This document shows, one piece after another, positions 47,121-56,903 of a DNA stretch of 64,000 nucleotides. Numbering within the stretch: the first letter of the stretch is position 1; each line of letters begins with the position of its first letter. The notes beneath the pieces are model-generated. The model did no database searches. It saw only the letters and a program-made list of their open reading frames with translations, and was not told the DNA's origin. The translations under genes were made by a program, and so were the position numbers. The stretch spans positions 544,001 through 608,000 of the forward strand of contig CAVXWP010000007.1 in assembly GCA_963765495.1 (NCBI GenBank), given 5' to 3'. This DNA comes from Blastocatellia bacterium (GTDB lineage Bacteria > Acidobacteriota > Blastocatellia > UBA7656).

Positions 47121-48580
47121 CAAGGTTTGCCATGTCTGATTTGAAGGAGAGAATATACCCTCATCTGCCGATATTTTTGCAGAACATAGCCTGCGGAATT
47201 CAGGGGGCTTCGCAGCGAAAGCTCCGCTACGGAGGCGCATTTCAGGAACTGCTCGCGTGGCTTGGCGAAAGCGAGTGGTGGCCCGCCGAAAAGATTCGGG
47301 AATACCAGGAAGAACAACTGGAAAAATTGCTCGCGCACGCATACCGAACGGTTCCTTATTACCGGCGAGTCTTCGATGAGCGCGGGCTGAAACCGGCGGA
47401 CATAAGATCAATAGAGGACCTGCCGAAGTTGCCCGTGCTTACCAAAGAAGATGTGCGCGATCATTTTGATGAGATGGTCTCTACCGAGTTTCCCCGCAAC
47501 CGGATGGTCTCTTGTCATACGAGCGGGACCATGGGCAAGAGCCTGCAATTTTACATGGAGCCGCGAGCCTTTCAATTTCGGTGGGCCGTATGGTGGAGAC
47601 ACCGCGGGCGATTCAAAATCAAATTCGATGAGCCTTACGCCACCTTCACAGGGCTTGCGGCTGTTCCGCTCCATCAAGAAAGCCCGCCCTTCTGGCGCGA
47701 GAATCACCCCATGCATCAGACAATTTTCACGATGCATCATATCGTGCCTTCCAAGGTGGAAGCGATTGCCAAACGGCTGAACGCCGGAGGTTTCAAATAC
47801 TATTCCGGCTACCCCTCGATACTCGCCGTGCTTGCCAATTTCATCGAAGAGAGCGGGCTCGAAATCAAAAAAACTCCCGCGATGATCTTTACGGGAGCTG
47901 AGAATCTGTATGAGGATCAGCGGCAATTGATCACAAGGGTTTTCAAGGCTTTTGTGACTGACGAGTACGGCTTTTCGGAAGGGTGCGGAAACGCTTCGCG
48001 TTGCGAGGCAGACTTGTTTCATGAAGATTTCGAATACGGTATTCTTGAATGCTCTGAGCCGGAAGCGATTGACGCTGAAACCACGCAGGGGCGAATTCTC
48101 GCCACCGGTTTTGCAGGGTACGGCATGCCTTTTATCCGCTATGACGTTGGAGATATGGGCATGTGGAAATCTAAAAGATGCGCCTGCGGGCGAAACACGC
48201 GGGTGCTTTCAAAGATAAACGGCAGGGTCGAAGATTATGTCATCACGCCGGAAGGCCGCAAGATACTGCGCTTCGATTATATTTTCAAGGATACGCGGAA
48301 TGTGCGAGAGGCTCAGGTAGTTCAAAAAGAACTCGGCCGTATCTGTTTGCGAATCGCGCGGCGACCCGATTACTCCGAGGCCGATGAAGAGTTTCTCAGA
48401 CGCGAGGTCAAGGCCAGAGTCAGTTCACACCTGCTTGTAGACTTCGAGTATGTCAGCGAGATAGAGCGCGAATCTAACGGAAAGGTCCGGGCCGTGAAAT
48501 CGCTCATCAAATCAAAAGGCGCAGAAAATGATAGGCAAAGCCCGTCAAATCCAACAACTGTGGCAACACTTCGGCCCTGA
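47117..48580 (+). CDS. Phenylacetate-CoA ligase family (CapK-like) adenylating enzyme
   Basis: HAYRTVPYY, LPVLTKEDVR, TSGTMG, EYGFSE, MPFIRYDVGD, GRVED. Confidence 0.85.
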   Translation: MTRFAMSDLKERIYPHLPIFLQNIACGIQGASQRKLRYGGAFQELLAWLGESEWWPAEKIREYQEEQLEKLLAHAYRTVPYYRRVFDERGLKPADIRSIEDLPKLPVLTKEDVRDHFDEMVSTEFPRNRMVSCHTSGTMGKSLQFYMEPRAFQFRWAVWWRHRGRFKIKFDEPYATFTGLAAVPLHQESPPFWRENHPMHQTIFTMHHIVPSKVEAIAKRLNAGGFKYYSGYPSILAVLANFIEESGLEIKKTPAMIFTGAENLYEDQRQLITRVFKAFVTDEYGFSEGCGNASRCEADLFHEDFEYGILECSEPEAIDAETTQGRILATGFAGYGMPFIRYDVGDMGMWKSKRCACGRNTRVLSKINGRVEDYVITPEGRKILRFDYIFKDTRNVREAQVVQKELGRICLRIARRPDYSEADEEFLRREVKARVSSHLLVDFEYVSEIERESNGKVRAVKSLIKSKGAENDRQSPSNPTTVATLRP

Positions 48581-50717
48581 GTGGCTGGCCTATCGCCTCA
48601 CCTATGCTACTCGCCTGCGCACCGGCATGCTGCGCAGGAGCATCCCCGCGACCGACTGGCCCTCTCAACCTCTGGGCGGCTTTCTGAAAAACCCGGCTCT
48701 CAAAGAGCCGGAGAGCTATTTGAATTATCGCCGAGAGCAAGCCCCCTCTTTTTTTTTCACACCTTCCAGTCGCAGTCTTTATCAACCCTGTTTCGCCCGA
48801 TGGGATAAAGAGAACACGGGGCCGCTCGATCTGAGCGACGAGATAGCGCGGGGGACTCTCAGGTATTTCGATCACACCCCGGTGCAGACGGGCTTTCCTC
48901 CCGACTGGCATCTCAATCCTTTCACAAAAGAGCGAGCGCCCGCCGACCGTCACTGGAGCGAGATAAATGATTTCGACCACGGCGACATAAAGATCATCTG
49001 GGAGGCGTCACGCTTCGGATTCGCCTTTACGCTTGTGCGCGCATACTGGCGCACGACGGATGCGCGCTACGCCGAAATGTTCTGGCAGGCGGTCGAAGAC
49101 TGGCGAGAGAACAATCCGCCGCAGCAGGGGGCTAACTGGAAATGCGGTCAGGAGACGAGTCTGCGTTTGATGGCGTGGTGTTTTGCGCTCTACGGCCTTC
49201 TGGACTCTCCTGCCACGACCGCCGGTCGCGTTCGAATGCTTGCGCAGATGATAGCCGTATCCGCTTGCCGCACAGAGGCCAATTTCAGCTACGGGCTCTC
49301 GCAACGCAACAACCACGGCATCAGCGAAGCGGTCGGGCTTTACACGGTCGGTCGGTTATTTCCCGAATTCTATCAGGCCCCGAAGTGGAAGCGGATGGGC
49401 GCGGAGGCGCTGGAATCTCAAGCGCGCCAGTTGATCTACGATGACGGGGCCTTTTCGCAACACTCGGTCAATTACCATCGGTTGATGTTGCACGATTATC
49501 TCTGGGCGATCAGGCTCGGCGATTTGCAGGACTCGCCCTTTAGCGAAGAAGTGAAAGATCGCGTAAGGCGAGCGGGCGAGTTTCTTTACCTGATTCAAGA
49601 CGCTGAGACGGGTCGCCTGCCCTGTTATGGTCAAAACGACGGGGCGCTCATTCTGCCGCTCAACAACTGCGACTATCAGGATTTTCGGCCCGTCATTCAA
49701 TCCATCAATTATCTCTCGACCGGCGCTCGTTGTTATGACGACGGAGCTTGGGATGAAGACTTGCTCTGGCTGTTTGGTCCCGACGCTGTGAGCGCAAAGG
49801 TAGCAAAACCGCTCCAATCTGATCTCAATGCTGAGACTGGCGGATACTATACGATGCGCTCCGGGTCGGGCTTTGCTTTTATCAGGTGCGCCACTTTCCG
49901 CGACCGTCCGAGCCAGGCCGATATGCTCCATTTCGATCTGTGGTGGCGAGGCCGGAATATAGCTATAGACGCGGGAACCTACAGTTATAACGCTCCTGAT
50001 CCGTGGAATAATCCTCTTGCTCATACGGCTTACCACAATACTGTGAGCGTAGACTCGCTTGATCAGATGGAGCGCGTGAGCAGGTTTTTGTGGATGCCCT
50101 GGCTCAAGGGGCGCGCGGGTTACGCCGAGAAATCTATCGGCGGTAGACTGGCTTACTGGGAAGGCGGGCACAACGGTTATCAGAGATTGAAAACGCCGGT
50201 CAATTACAGGCGCGGCGTATTGCGACTCGGCGATGAGTGGTGGCTTGTGCTCGATGATCTGACAAGCGGCGCGGAGCATCTTTACAGATTGCACTGGTTG
50301 CTTGCAGACGCTCCCTGCGAGTGGAAACAGGATCGGGGGAGACTATCGCTTGAGACTGCTGCCGGAGATTATGGAATCGAAATTGGGACTTTCTCAGGCA
50401 GCGCCGACAGTTCGCTTGTGCGCGCCGATGAAGAGAGCCCGCGAGGCTGGCGCGCTCCATATTACAATTATCGCGAGCCTGCGTTGTCTCTGGACCTGAT
50501 TCAGAAAGCCGCCTCCATCCGGTTCTGGACCCTCTTCGGGCCGGGCAGCGCGCACGTGATTATGGATGAGGCAAGTTTCAGGATAGAGGCAGAAGAGTGG
50601 CAGGCGAGAGTTCAATTGCAGACTGATGATCGGGGGCCGCTGATAAACTCGGTTATGTTAAGCTCGGTTATTTCGACCGGAGCGATTGCAGACGAATTGA
50701 GGATTTCAGGATATTAG
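48528..50717 (+). CDS. Heparinase II/III family protein
   Basis: DIKIIWEASRF, NNHGISEA, SVNYHR, DAGTYSY, TAYHNTV. Confidence 0.85.
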   Translation: MIGKARQIQQLWQHFGPEWLAYRLTYATRLRTGMLRRSIPATDWPSQPLGGFLKNPALKEPESYLNYRREQAPSFFFTPSSRSLYQPCFARWDKENTGPLDLSDEIARGTLRYFDHTPVQTGFPPDWHLNPFTKERAPADRHWSEINDFDHGDIKIIWEASRFGFAFTLVRAYWRTTDARYAEMFWQAVEDWRENNPPQQGANWKCGQETSLRLMAWCFALYGLLDSPATTAGRVRMLAQMIAVSACRTEANFSYGLSQRNNHGISEAVGLYTVGRLFPEFYQAPKWKRMGAEALESQARQLIYDDGAFSQHSVNYHRLMLHDYLWAIRLGDLQDSPFSEEVKDRVRRAGEFLYLIQDAETGRLPCYGQNDGALILPLNNCDYQDFRPVIQSINYLSTGARCYDDGAWDEDLLWLFGPDAVSAKVAKPLQSDLNAETGGYYTMRSGSGFAFIRCATFRDRPSQADMLHFDLWWRGRNIAIDAGTYSYNAPDPWNNPLAHTAYHNTVSVDSLDQMERVSRFLWMPWLKGRAGYAEKSIGGRLAYWEGGHNGYQRLKTPVNYRRGVLRLGDEWWLVLDDLTSGAEHLYRLHWLLADAPCEWKQDRGRLSLETAAGDYGIEIGTFSGSADSSLVRADEESPRGWRAPYYNYREPALSLDLIQKAASIRFWTLFGPGSAHVIMDEASFRIEAEEWQARVQLQTDDRGPLINSVMLSSVISTGAIADELRISGY

Positions 50718-50747
50718 GCGAGGAGGCCGCGCCCTGAAAGGGCGCAG

Positions 50748-50784
50748 ATCACTGGCCACTGATCATTGATCGCTGATCACTAAA
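50748..50784. repeat. Degenerate heptamer tandem repeat (TCACTGA-like)
   Basis: tcactgg-ccactga-tcattga-tcgctga-tcactaa in intergenic DNA. Confidence 0.55.
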
Positions 50785-50853
50785 CGCTGGTCCGGCTATC
50801 ATTCTTCGCCCCTTCCACCGTCAGGGATTTTGCGTAACTTGAGCGGGAATTTC

Positions 50854-52746
50854 ATGATGCGTGTTCTTCTCATCCATCAGGCATTCGCCTCGCCCGGAGA
50901 GCCGGGCGGGACTCGCCATTTCGAACTGGCTCGCCATTCGATGGCCCGTGGGATTGACTTTACTATAGTCGCCTCAAACCTGAGCTATTTGACCGGCGAG
51001 CGTGTTGCCTCAGACGAAGGGGCCACACCCGAACAAGACCTTGATGGAGTGCGGGTACTCAGGGCTTACGTCTATCCTTCGCTCCATCGCAGCTTCTTCT
51101 GGCGCGTCGTTTCCTTCCTGAGCTTTATGCTCACCTCGATCAAAGTGGCTCTCGGAGCCGGGCCTGTAGACATAGTGATGGGAACTTCGCCTCCGATTTT
51201 CCAGGCTGTTTCGGCCTGGATCGTAGCCGTTATTCGTCGTCGGCCTTTCCTGCTTGAGATACGCGATCTCTGGCCCGAGTTCGCAATAGACATGGGGGTG
51301 CTGACCAATCCGATTCTTATAAAATGCTCTCGCCTGCTTGAACGATTCCTTTACCGGCGAGCCGCGCACCTCGTAGTCAACTCTCCGGCCTATCGCTACT
51401 ATCTTCTCGAAAGAGGGGTGGCGGAATCGAAAATCAGCCTGATACCAAACGGCGTAGACCCGAATATGTTTGACCCTCGGGCAAGAGGCGAGCGCGTAAG
51501 GCAGGAGTTGAATCTGCGAGACCGATTCGTAGTGACATACGCCGGGGCGCTTGGTATGGCCAATGACATCCCTACTATTTTGAGGGCGGCAGATCGTCTG
51601 CGCGATCACACAGAGATTCACTTTTTACTTGTAGGCGACGGCAAAGAGCGCGCCAATCTGGAAGCATTAGCCGACCGGATGCAACTTCATAACGTGACTC
51701 TGGCAGGCCCGCGCCCAAAGGCGGAGATGGCCGATATACTGGCCGCAAGCGATGTCTGCGTCGCTACCTTGAAAGACATTCCGATGTTTCGCACCACATA
51801 CCCCAACAAGGTTTTCGATTATATGGCTGCCGGGCGGCCCACCATTCTTGCGATAGACGGCGTTATCCGCGAGGTGGTTGAAGCCTCATACGGAGGGATA
51901 TTCGTGCCGCCGGGCGATGACGCCGCTCTTGCCGCTGCCGTGGTTGCGCTTGGCGAAAATAAAGAGATGTGTGCGGCAATGGGAGAGGCAGCCCGGGCCT
52001 ATGTGGTTGAGCGTTTCAGTCGAGGGCGGCAGGCAACCGATTTCGTAGAACTGCTAAATAGGCTTGCGCAGTCTAAAAAGACACAACCTAAAAAGACACA
52101 GCCTGAAAATAAACATATCGCCGCCGGGTTCTATAGCCGCGCGGGCAAGCGCCTCTTCGATCTAATAGTGACAATCCCGGCGGTCATCCTGCTTTTGCCT
52201 GTATTTGCGATTGTCGCGCTGCTTGTGCGAATCAAACTCGGTTCGCCTGTTCTGTTTCGGCAGCAAAGACCGGGTCTCGACGGAAAGCCTTTCGTGCTGT
52301 TCAAGTTTCGCACCATGACGGACGGGCGCTCGGCAAACGGGCAACTGCTGCCCGATGCAGAGAGACTGACGCCGTTCGGATTGTTTCTACGCAGCACAAG
52401 TCTTGATGAATTGCCCGAACTCCTGAACGTCTTGAGAGGGAAGATGAGCCTTGTCGGCCCGCGCCCGCTCCTGATGGAATATCTCGTTCGCTACACTCCC
52501 GAACAGATGAGGAGGCACGCCGTAAAGCCGGGAATCACGGGCTGGGCGCAGATCAACGGGCGCAATGCAATCACCTGGGAAGCGAGATTCAAGCTCGATG
52601 TCTGGTATGTTGACAGATGTAGTCTGTGGTTGGACATCAGGATTCTATGCTTGACGTTTATTAAGATGCTGAAGCGCGAAGGCATCAGCGCGGAAGGGCA
52701 CTCGACTATGCCGGTCTTTATGGGATCTGAGGGAGAGGAGCGATGA
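50854..52746 (+). CDS. Fusion of a GT4 (WbuB-like) glycosyltransferase and a PglC-like phosphoglycosyl transferase (Bac_transf)
   Basis: N-terminal part: TSPP, EIRDLWPE, YPNKVFDYMAAGRP. C-terminal part: KRLFDL, FRQQRPG, KFRTM, LRSTSLDELPEL, SLVGPRP, KPGITGWAQING. Confidence 0.9.
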   Translation: MMRVLLIHQAFASPGEPGGTRHFELARHSMARGIDFTIVASNLSYLTGERVASDEGATPEQDLDGVRVLRAYVYPSLHRSFFWRVVSFLSFMLTSIKVALGAGPVDIVMGTSPPIFQAVSAWIVAVIRRRPFLLEIRDLWPEFAIDMGVLTNPILIKCSRLLERFLYRRAAHLVVNSPAYRYYLLERGVAESKISLIPNGVDPNMFDPRARGERVRQELNLRDRFVVTYAGALGMANDIPTILRAADRLRDHTEIHFLLVGDGKERANLEALADRMQLHNVTLAGPRPKAEMADILAASDVCVATLKDIPMFRTTYPNKVFDYMAAGRPTILAIDGVIREVVEASYGGIFVPPGDDAALAAAVVALGENKEMCAAMGEAARAYVVERFSRGRQATDFVELLNRLAQSKKTQPKKTQPENKHIAAGFYSRAGKRLFDLIVTIPAVILLLPVFAIVALLVRIKLGSPVLFRQQRPGLDGKPFVLFKFRTMTDGRSANGQLLPDAERLTPFGLFLRSTSLDELPELLNVLRGKMSLVGPRPLLMEYLVRYTPEQMRRHAVKPGITGWAQINGRNAITWEARFKLDVWYVDRCSLWLDIRILCLTFIKMLKREGISAEGHSTMPVFMGSEGEER

Positions 52747-53381
52747 GCGCAGGCGGTTCCAGATGGGTGGCGGTCATTGGGGCGGGTGGGCACGCCAAAG
52801 TAGTAGTCTCTGCTTTGCAGGCTGCCGGGCACAATGTGTCGGCCGTCTTCGATGATGATCCCGGCAAACTCGGAACATCATTATTAGGCGTTTCCGTCGT
52901 GGGGGGGGTCGCTGATTTACCGGAATCTGGTTTCAAAACTGCTGTGATCGGCGTGGGAGATAATTCCATCCGAGAAAAACTTGCCCGACAGTTTGCCGAT
53001 ATCGAATGGCTCACCGTAATTCATCCCTCGGCTTATGTCCATCCATCCGTTTGCGTGGGGGAAGGAACGGTCATCTTTGCCGGGGCTGTGATTCAGCCTG
53101 ATACCCGCCTTGGAGCGCACGCGATAATCAATACCGGAGCCACCGTAGATCATGACTGTGTGATTGCAGACTACGTTCACCTGGCCCCGGGAGTGCATCT
53201 GGCCGGAGGCGTGCAGGTAGGGCGAGGCGCTTTTATGGGAATCGGGGCAATCGCATTGCCATACAAATCCATTGGGCAAAGGGCTATCGTTGGAGCGGGA
53301 GGGGTCGTAAGTATTGATCTACCGGATGGAATTACCGCTGTTGGAATGCCTGCAAGGCCTGTTGAGAAGCGAGATATATGA
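52743..53381 (+). CDS. PglD/NeuD-family sugar acetyltransferase
   Basis: IGAGGHAKVV, IGVGDNSIR, hexapeptide repeats, VDHDC. Confidence 0.9.
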   Translation: MSAGGSRWVAVIGAGGHAKVVVSALQAAGHNVSAVFDDDPGKLGTSLLGVSVVGGVADLPESGFKTAVIGVGDNSIREKLARQFADIEWLTVIHPSAYVHPSVCVGEGTVIFAGAVIQPDTRLGAHAIINTGATVDHDCVIADYVHLAPGVHLAGGVQVGRGAFMGIGAIALPYKSIGQRAIVGAGGVVSIDLPDGITAVGMPARPVEKRDI

Positions 53382-54496
53382 TAGAGAAAATTCCTATGTC
53401 GTCGGAAGACCTGGACGAGTCGGATGTTGAGGCCGTGCTGGAAGTGCTACGCAGCGGCCGACTGGCGCTCGGTCCGCGAATGGTCAAATTCGAGCAGATG
53501 ATGGCCGACTATATCGGCGTAAAGCATGCCGTTGCGGTCAGCAGCGGCACGGCCGCGCTTCACCTGATAGTAAAGGCGCTCGGCATCAGCGAGGGCGATG
53601 AGGTGCTCGTGCCTTCGTTCACTTTTGCCGCAAGCGTCAACGCGTTTCTTTATGAGGGCGCGAAGCCCGTCTTTATTGACATAGAGCCCGATACTTACAA
53701 CCTCGACACGGAAGACCTCAGGCGAAAAATCACCGCTCGCGCAAAGGCTGTTATGGTGGTCGATGTATTCGGGCATCCGGCCGAATGGGATGAGATTTTG
53801 TCTGTCGCAGACCTCCACGGATTGAAAATAATCGACGACTCGTGCGAGGCGCTTGGAGCCGAATACCGTGGCCGCAGGATAGGACAGTTTGGCAATGCCG
53901 CCGCGTTTGCCTTTTATCCAAACAAACAGATGACTACGGGCGAAGGCGGCATCATCGTGACAGATGATGCGGAAATAGCCTCGTTGTGCCGCAGCCTTCG
54001 CAATCAGGGCAGGGGCGAGATGGGCGCGTGGCTCGAACACGAACGACTTGGCTACAATTATCGGCTCGATGAGATGTCGGCGGCGCTGGGCTTATCGCAG
54101 CTCAAGCGACTCGAGCAGTTCCTGGCGAAGCGAGAGCAGGTGGCCCGAATGTATACCGAAAGCCTCAAAGAGTTCGATTGGGTCCGGCCTCCCGTCACAA
54201 GACCTGATGTGCGTATGAGCTGGTTTGTCTATGTCGCCACACTTGCCGAAGGTCTGAATCGTGATCGGGTTATGCAGGCTATGGAGGAGCGTGGCCTTCC
54301 CGTTCGAGGCTATTTCTCGCCGGTTCATTTGCAGCCGTATATAAGAGAGCGCTTTGGCACGGGGCCAGAGGAACTCCCCGTCACCGAAGCCGTGGCGCGG
54401 CGCACTATCGCCCTGCCTTTCCATAATAATTTGACCGGGGCGCAGGTCACTCGCGTAGTAGAAACGCTTGCCGAATCTGTGAGCCGTTTTCTCTGA
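53378..54496 (+). CDS. DegT/DnrJ/EryC1/StrS sugar aminotransferase
   Basis: SSGTAALHL, DDSCEALGA, FAFYPNKQMTTGEGG, GYNYRL. Confidence 0.95.
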   Translation: MIEKIPMSSEDLDESDVEAVLEVLRSGRLALGPRMVKFEQMMADYIGVKHAVAVSSGTAALHLIVKALGISEGDEVLVPSFTFAASVNAFLYEGAKPVFIDIEPDTYNLDTEDLRRKITARAKAVMVVDVFGHPAEWDEILSVADLHGLKIIDDSCEALGAEYRGRRIGQFGNAAAFAFYPNKQMTTGEGGIIVTDDAEIASLCRSLRNQGRGEMGAWLEHERLGYNYRLDEMSAALGLSQLKRLEQFLAKREQVARMYTESLKEFDWVRPPVTRPDVRMSWFVYVATLAEGLNRDRVMQAMEERGLPVRGYFSPVHLQPYIRERFGTGPEELPVTEAVARRTIALPFHNNLTGAQVTRVVETLAESVSRFL

Positions 54497-54767
54497 CTCC
54501 AGGCGGGACCATTTAGTTTTCAAATTAGTCTGTTGAGACAGTAGAAGACCTCTCATCCCTTGATGAACAGTCTTTTTCGAGAATTAATGGCGCTGGATTG
54601 CAAGAGAGACAGCATAGGGTTTTAGCAGTCGTAACTGGTTTTCAAGCGTCCGTCGTGGTATGCTGCAAGCCTGTTTTGGGCTTTCTAAAATCGCTTTCTA
54701 AAGATCGGATGCAATCAATGGAACAAGGGGGGCTGTTTGCGTCTCGGCGGGTCAGGGATTTGCAATT

Positions 54768-56741
54768 ATGAGTTCATTAAAGCGAGAGCAAAATTTCAGG
54801 TCGCGGATCTGGTGGTCGCGCCTTTTGACCAGAAAGACTCAACTGGGGATGGATATCTCCATACTGGTTATAGCCTTCTGGGTGGCTTATCTGCTCAGAT
54901 TCGATTTTCAAATCCCGCGCGAGAATTTCTTTCAGGCCCTCAGGCAATTTCCTTATGTGGTTATGATTCAATTCGCCGCGCTTGTCTTCGCAGGCGTTTA
55001 CACATTTATCTGGCGCTACATAGGAATGGCCGAGATAAGAACCTTTGTCAATGCTTCCTTCTGGTCTATATTGCCGGTCCTGCTTATCCGAATAGGGCTG
55101 CCTACTATGTTTCACCAGTGGAGGGTTCCGCTTTCTATAATAGTCGTTGATGCGATTCTGGCTTCGGGTGGGGTTTTGGGGCTGCGTGTTTTGAGACGCG
55201 CTCTGTATGAACAGTTTGAGAAGCAGAACCGCGCTTCCCGAAACGGCGACAGTCATAAGAAACCCGTGCTGCTGATAGGCGCGGGCCGCGCAGGCGTACT
55301 GGCTGCGAGAGAGATACGCGGACGAGGCGATGCCGACCTCGACATAAAGGGCTTTATTGATAACGATCCGCAAAAACAGGGTTCCGTCATCTACGGGGTG
55401 GAGGTGCTCGGCACGATCGAAGACCTCTCGGCCCGTGTGCATGAACTGAACATTGATCACGTAGTCATAACCATAGCCGAAGCTTCCCGCGACGTTATCC
55501 GCCGGATCGTGACCGTATGTGAACAGGTGCCCGTCAAGGTTCGCATAATCCCCGGCTTGTACGAAATACTTCAGGGCGATGTAGAGGTGACTCGTTTCCG
55601 CGACATACAGGTCGAAGACCTTCTGGGGCGCGAACCTGTATGTCTCGATCAGGAAGGCGTCAGCGAGTTTCTTGCGGGGCGCACGGTGATGGTGACGGGC
55701 GCGGGCGGTTCTATAGGCGCCGAGCTTGCCCGTCAGGTGGCGCGGTTCAACCCTTCGAGATTATTGCTGGTCGAGCGAGCCGAGTTCGCCCTTTTCAATA
55801 TAGATCGAGAGTTGCGCGAAATGCGGCCCGGCATTTCAATCGTGCCGCTTGTAGCAGACATTGGCGATGAGGGCCGTCTGCGCTCGCTCTTTGCCCTCTA
55901 CCGACCACAGGTGATACTTCACGCGGCGGCTCACAAGCATGTGCCTATGATGGAGCGCAACGCGCCGGAGGCGATAAAGAACAATGCGCTTGCCACTCGA
56001 TTGCTCGGAGAGATCGCCGGGCAAAGCGGCGTCGAAGCCCTGGTGCTTATCTCAACGGACAAGGCCGTGCGTCCTACCTCTGTGATGGGGGCTTCCAAAC
56101 GTGTCGCCGAGCTTGTGATACAGGATCTGGACCGCCGCTACCAGACCCGTTATGTTGCCGTGCGATTTGGAAACGTGATCGGCTCGGCCGGGTCGGTGAT
56201 ACCAATATTTCGCGAGCAGATAAAAAAGGGTGGCCCGGTGACGGTCACACATCCCGACATGGTGCGCTATTTCATGACGATTCCCGAAGCCGCGCAACTG
56301 GTTTTGCAGGCCGGAGCTATGGGAGAAGGCGGTGAGATTTTTATCCTCGATATGGGCGAGCCTGTGCGAATACTGGACCTGGCAAAAGATACGATCAGGC
56401 TTTCAGGATTAAAACCTTATGAAGATATCGACATAGTGTTTACGGGTGTAAGAGAGGGAGAAAAGCTCTTTGAAGAACTCGAGATCAGCGAAGAGCGAAT
56501 GGCCAAGACGCGGCATCCGAAAATCTTCATAGGCAAGATAGCGGCTTATCCCGAAGAGGTTGTGCACGAAGCGCTCGATCAACTCATTACGCTTTCGTCG
56601 AACGGACACGAGCGCGAGTTGCGCCTTTATCTGAGCAAACTGTTGCCGGAGGCGAGGCTCGAGGAGGGAACTGAGTCGAAAGATTCCTCTGCTCTGGGCG
56701 AGCCTTCCGTGGCTCCGCGACGCGCGGAGGCTACCTTCTAA
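54768..56741 (+). CDS. CapD/PglF/WbpM-type UDP-GlcNAc 4,6-dehydratase
   Basis: N-terminal TM segments; EDLLGR, TGAGGSIGAEL, HAAAHKHVP, ISTDKAVRPTSVMGASKR, VRFGNV. Confidence 0.95.
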   Translation: MSSLKREQNFRSRIWWSRLLTRKTQLGMDISILVIAFWVAYLLRFDFQIPRENFFQALRQFPYVVMIQFAALVFAGVYTFIWRYIGMAEIRTFVNASFWSILPVLLIRIGLPTMFHQWRVPLSIIVVDAILASGGVLGLRVLRRALYEQFEKQNRASRNGDSHKKPVLLIGAGRAGVLAAREIRGRGDADLDIKGFIDNDPQKQGSVIYGVEVLGTIEDLSARVHELNIDHVVITIAEASRDVIRRIVTVCEQVPVKVRIIPGLYEILQGDVEVTRFRDIQVEDLLGREPVCLDQEGVSEFLAGRTVMVTGAGGSIGAELARQVARFNPSRLLLVERAEFALFNIDRELREMRPGISIVPLVADIGDEGRLRSLFALYRPQVILHAAAHKHVPMMERNAPEAIKNNALATRLLGEIAGQSGVEALVLISTDKAVRPTSVMGASKRVAELVIQDLDRRYQTRYVAVRFGNVIGSAGSVIPIFREQIKKGGPVTVTHPDMVRYFMTIPEAAQLVLQAGAMGEGGEIFILDMGEPVRILDLAKDTIRLSGLKPYEDIDIVFTGVREGEKLFEELEISEERMAKTRHPKIFIGKIAAYPEEVVHEALDQLITLSSNGHERELRLYLSKLLPEARLEEGTESKDSSALGEPSVAPRRAEATF

Positions 56742-56802
56742 GCGCGACTCTTTTTGAAATCGCGCTTGATAAATCCGGGCTATATGTTGTTATAAAAAGG
56801 TA

Positions 56803-56831
56803 TTGACTTTGCATTATTTATTTCATATTCT
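56803..56831 (+). promoter_or_regulatory. Putative sigma70 promoter
   Basis: TTGACT-17 bp-TATTCT. Confidence 0.55.
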
Positions 56832-56903
56832 GGGGTTGCCGGGAGCGGGAACGAGTGGACCTTTAGGAAAATGCGTCCCGACAGATCCGAGCCAGGAGGA
56901 GCA

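Noticed and set aside
30784-50294. Long antisense ORFs (30784-31569, 32784-33551, 49356-50294 and others)
   Set aside because: They lie almost entirely opposite well-supported genes and lack recognisable motifs, as expected in GC-rich DNA.
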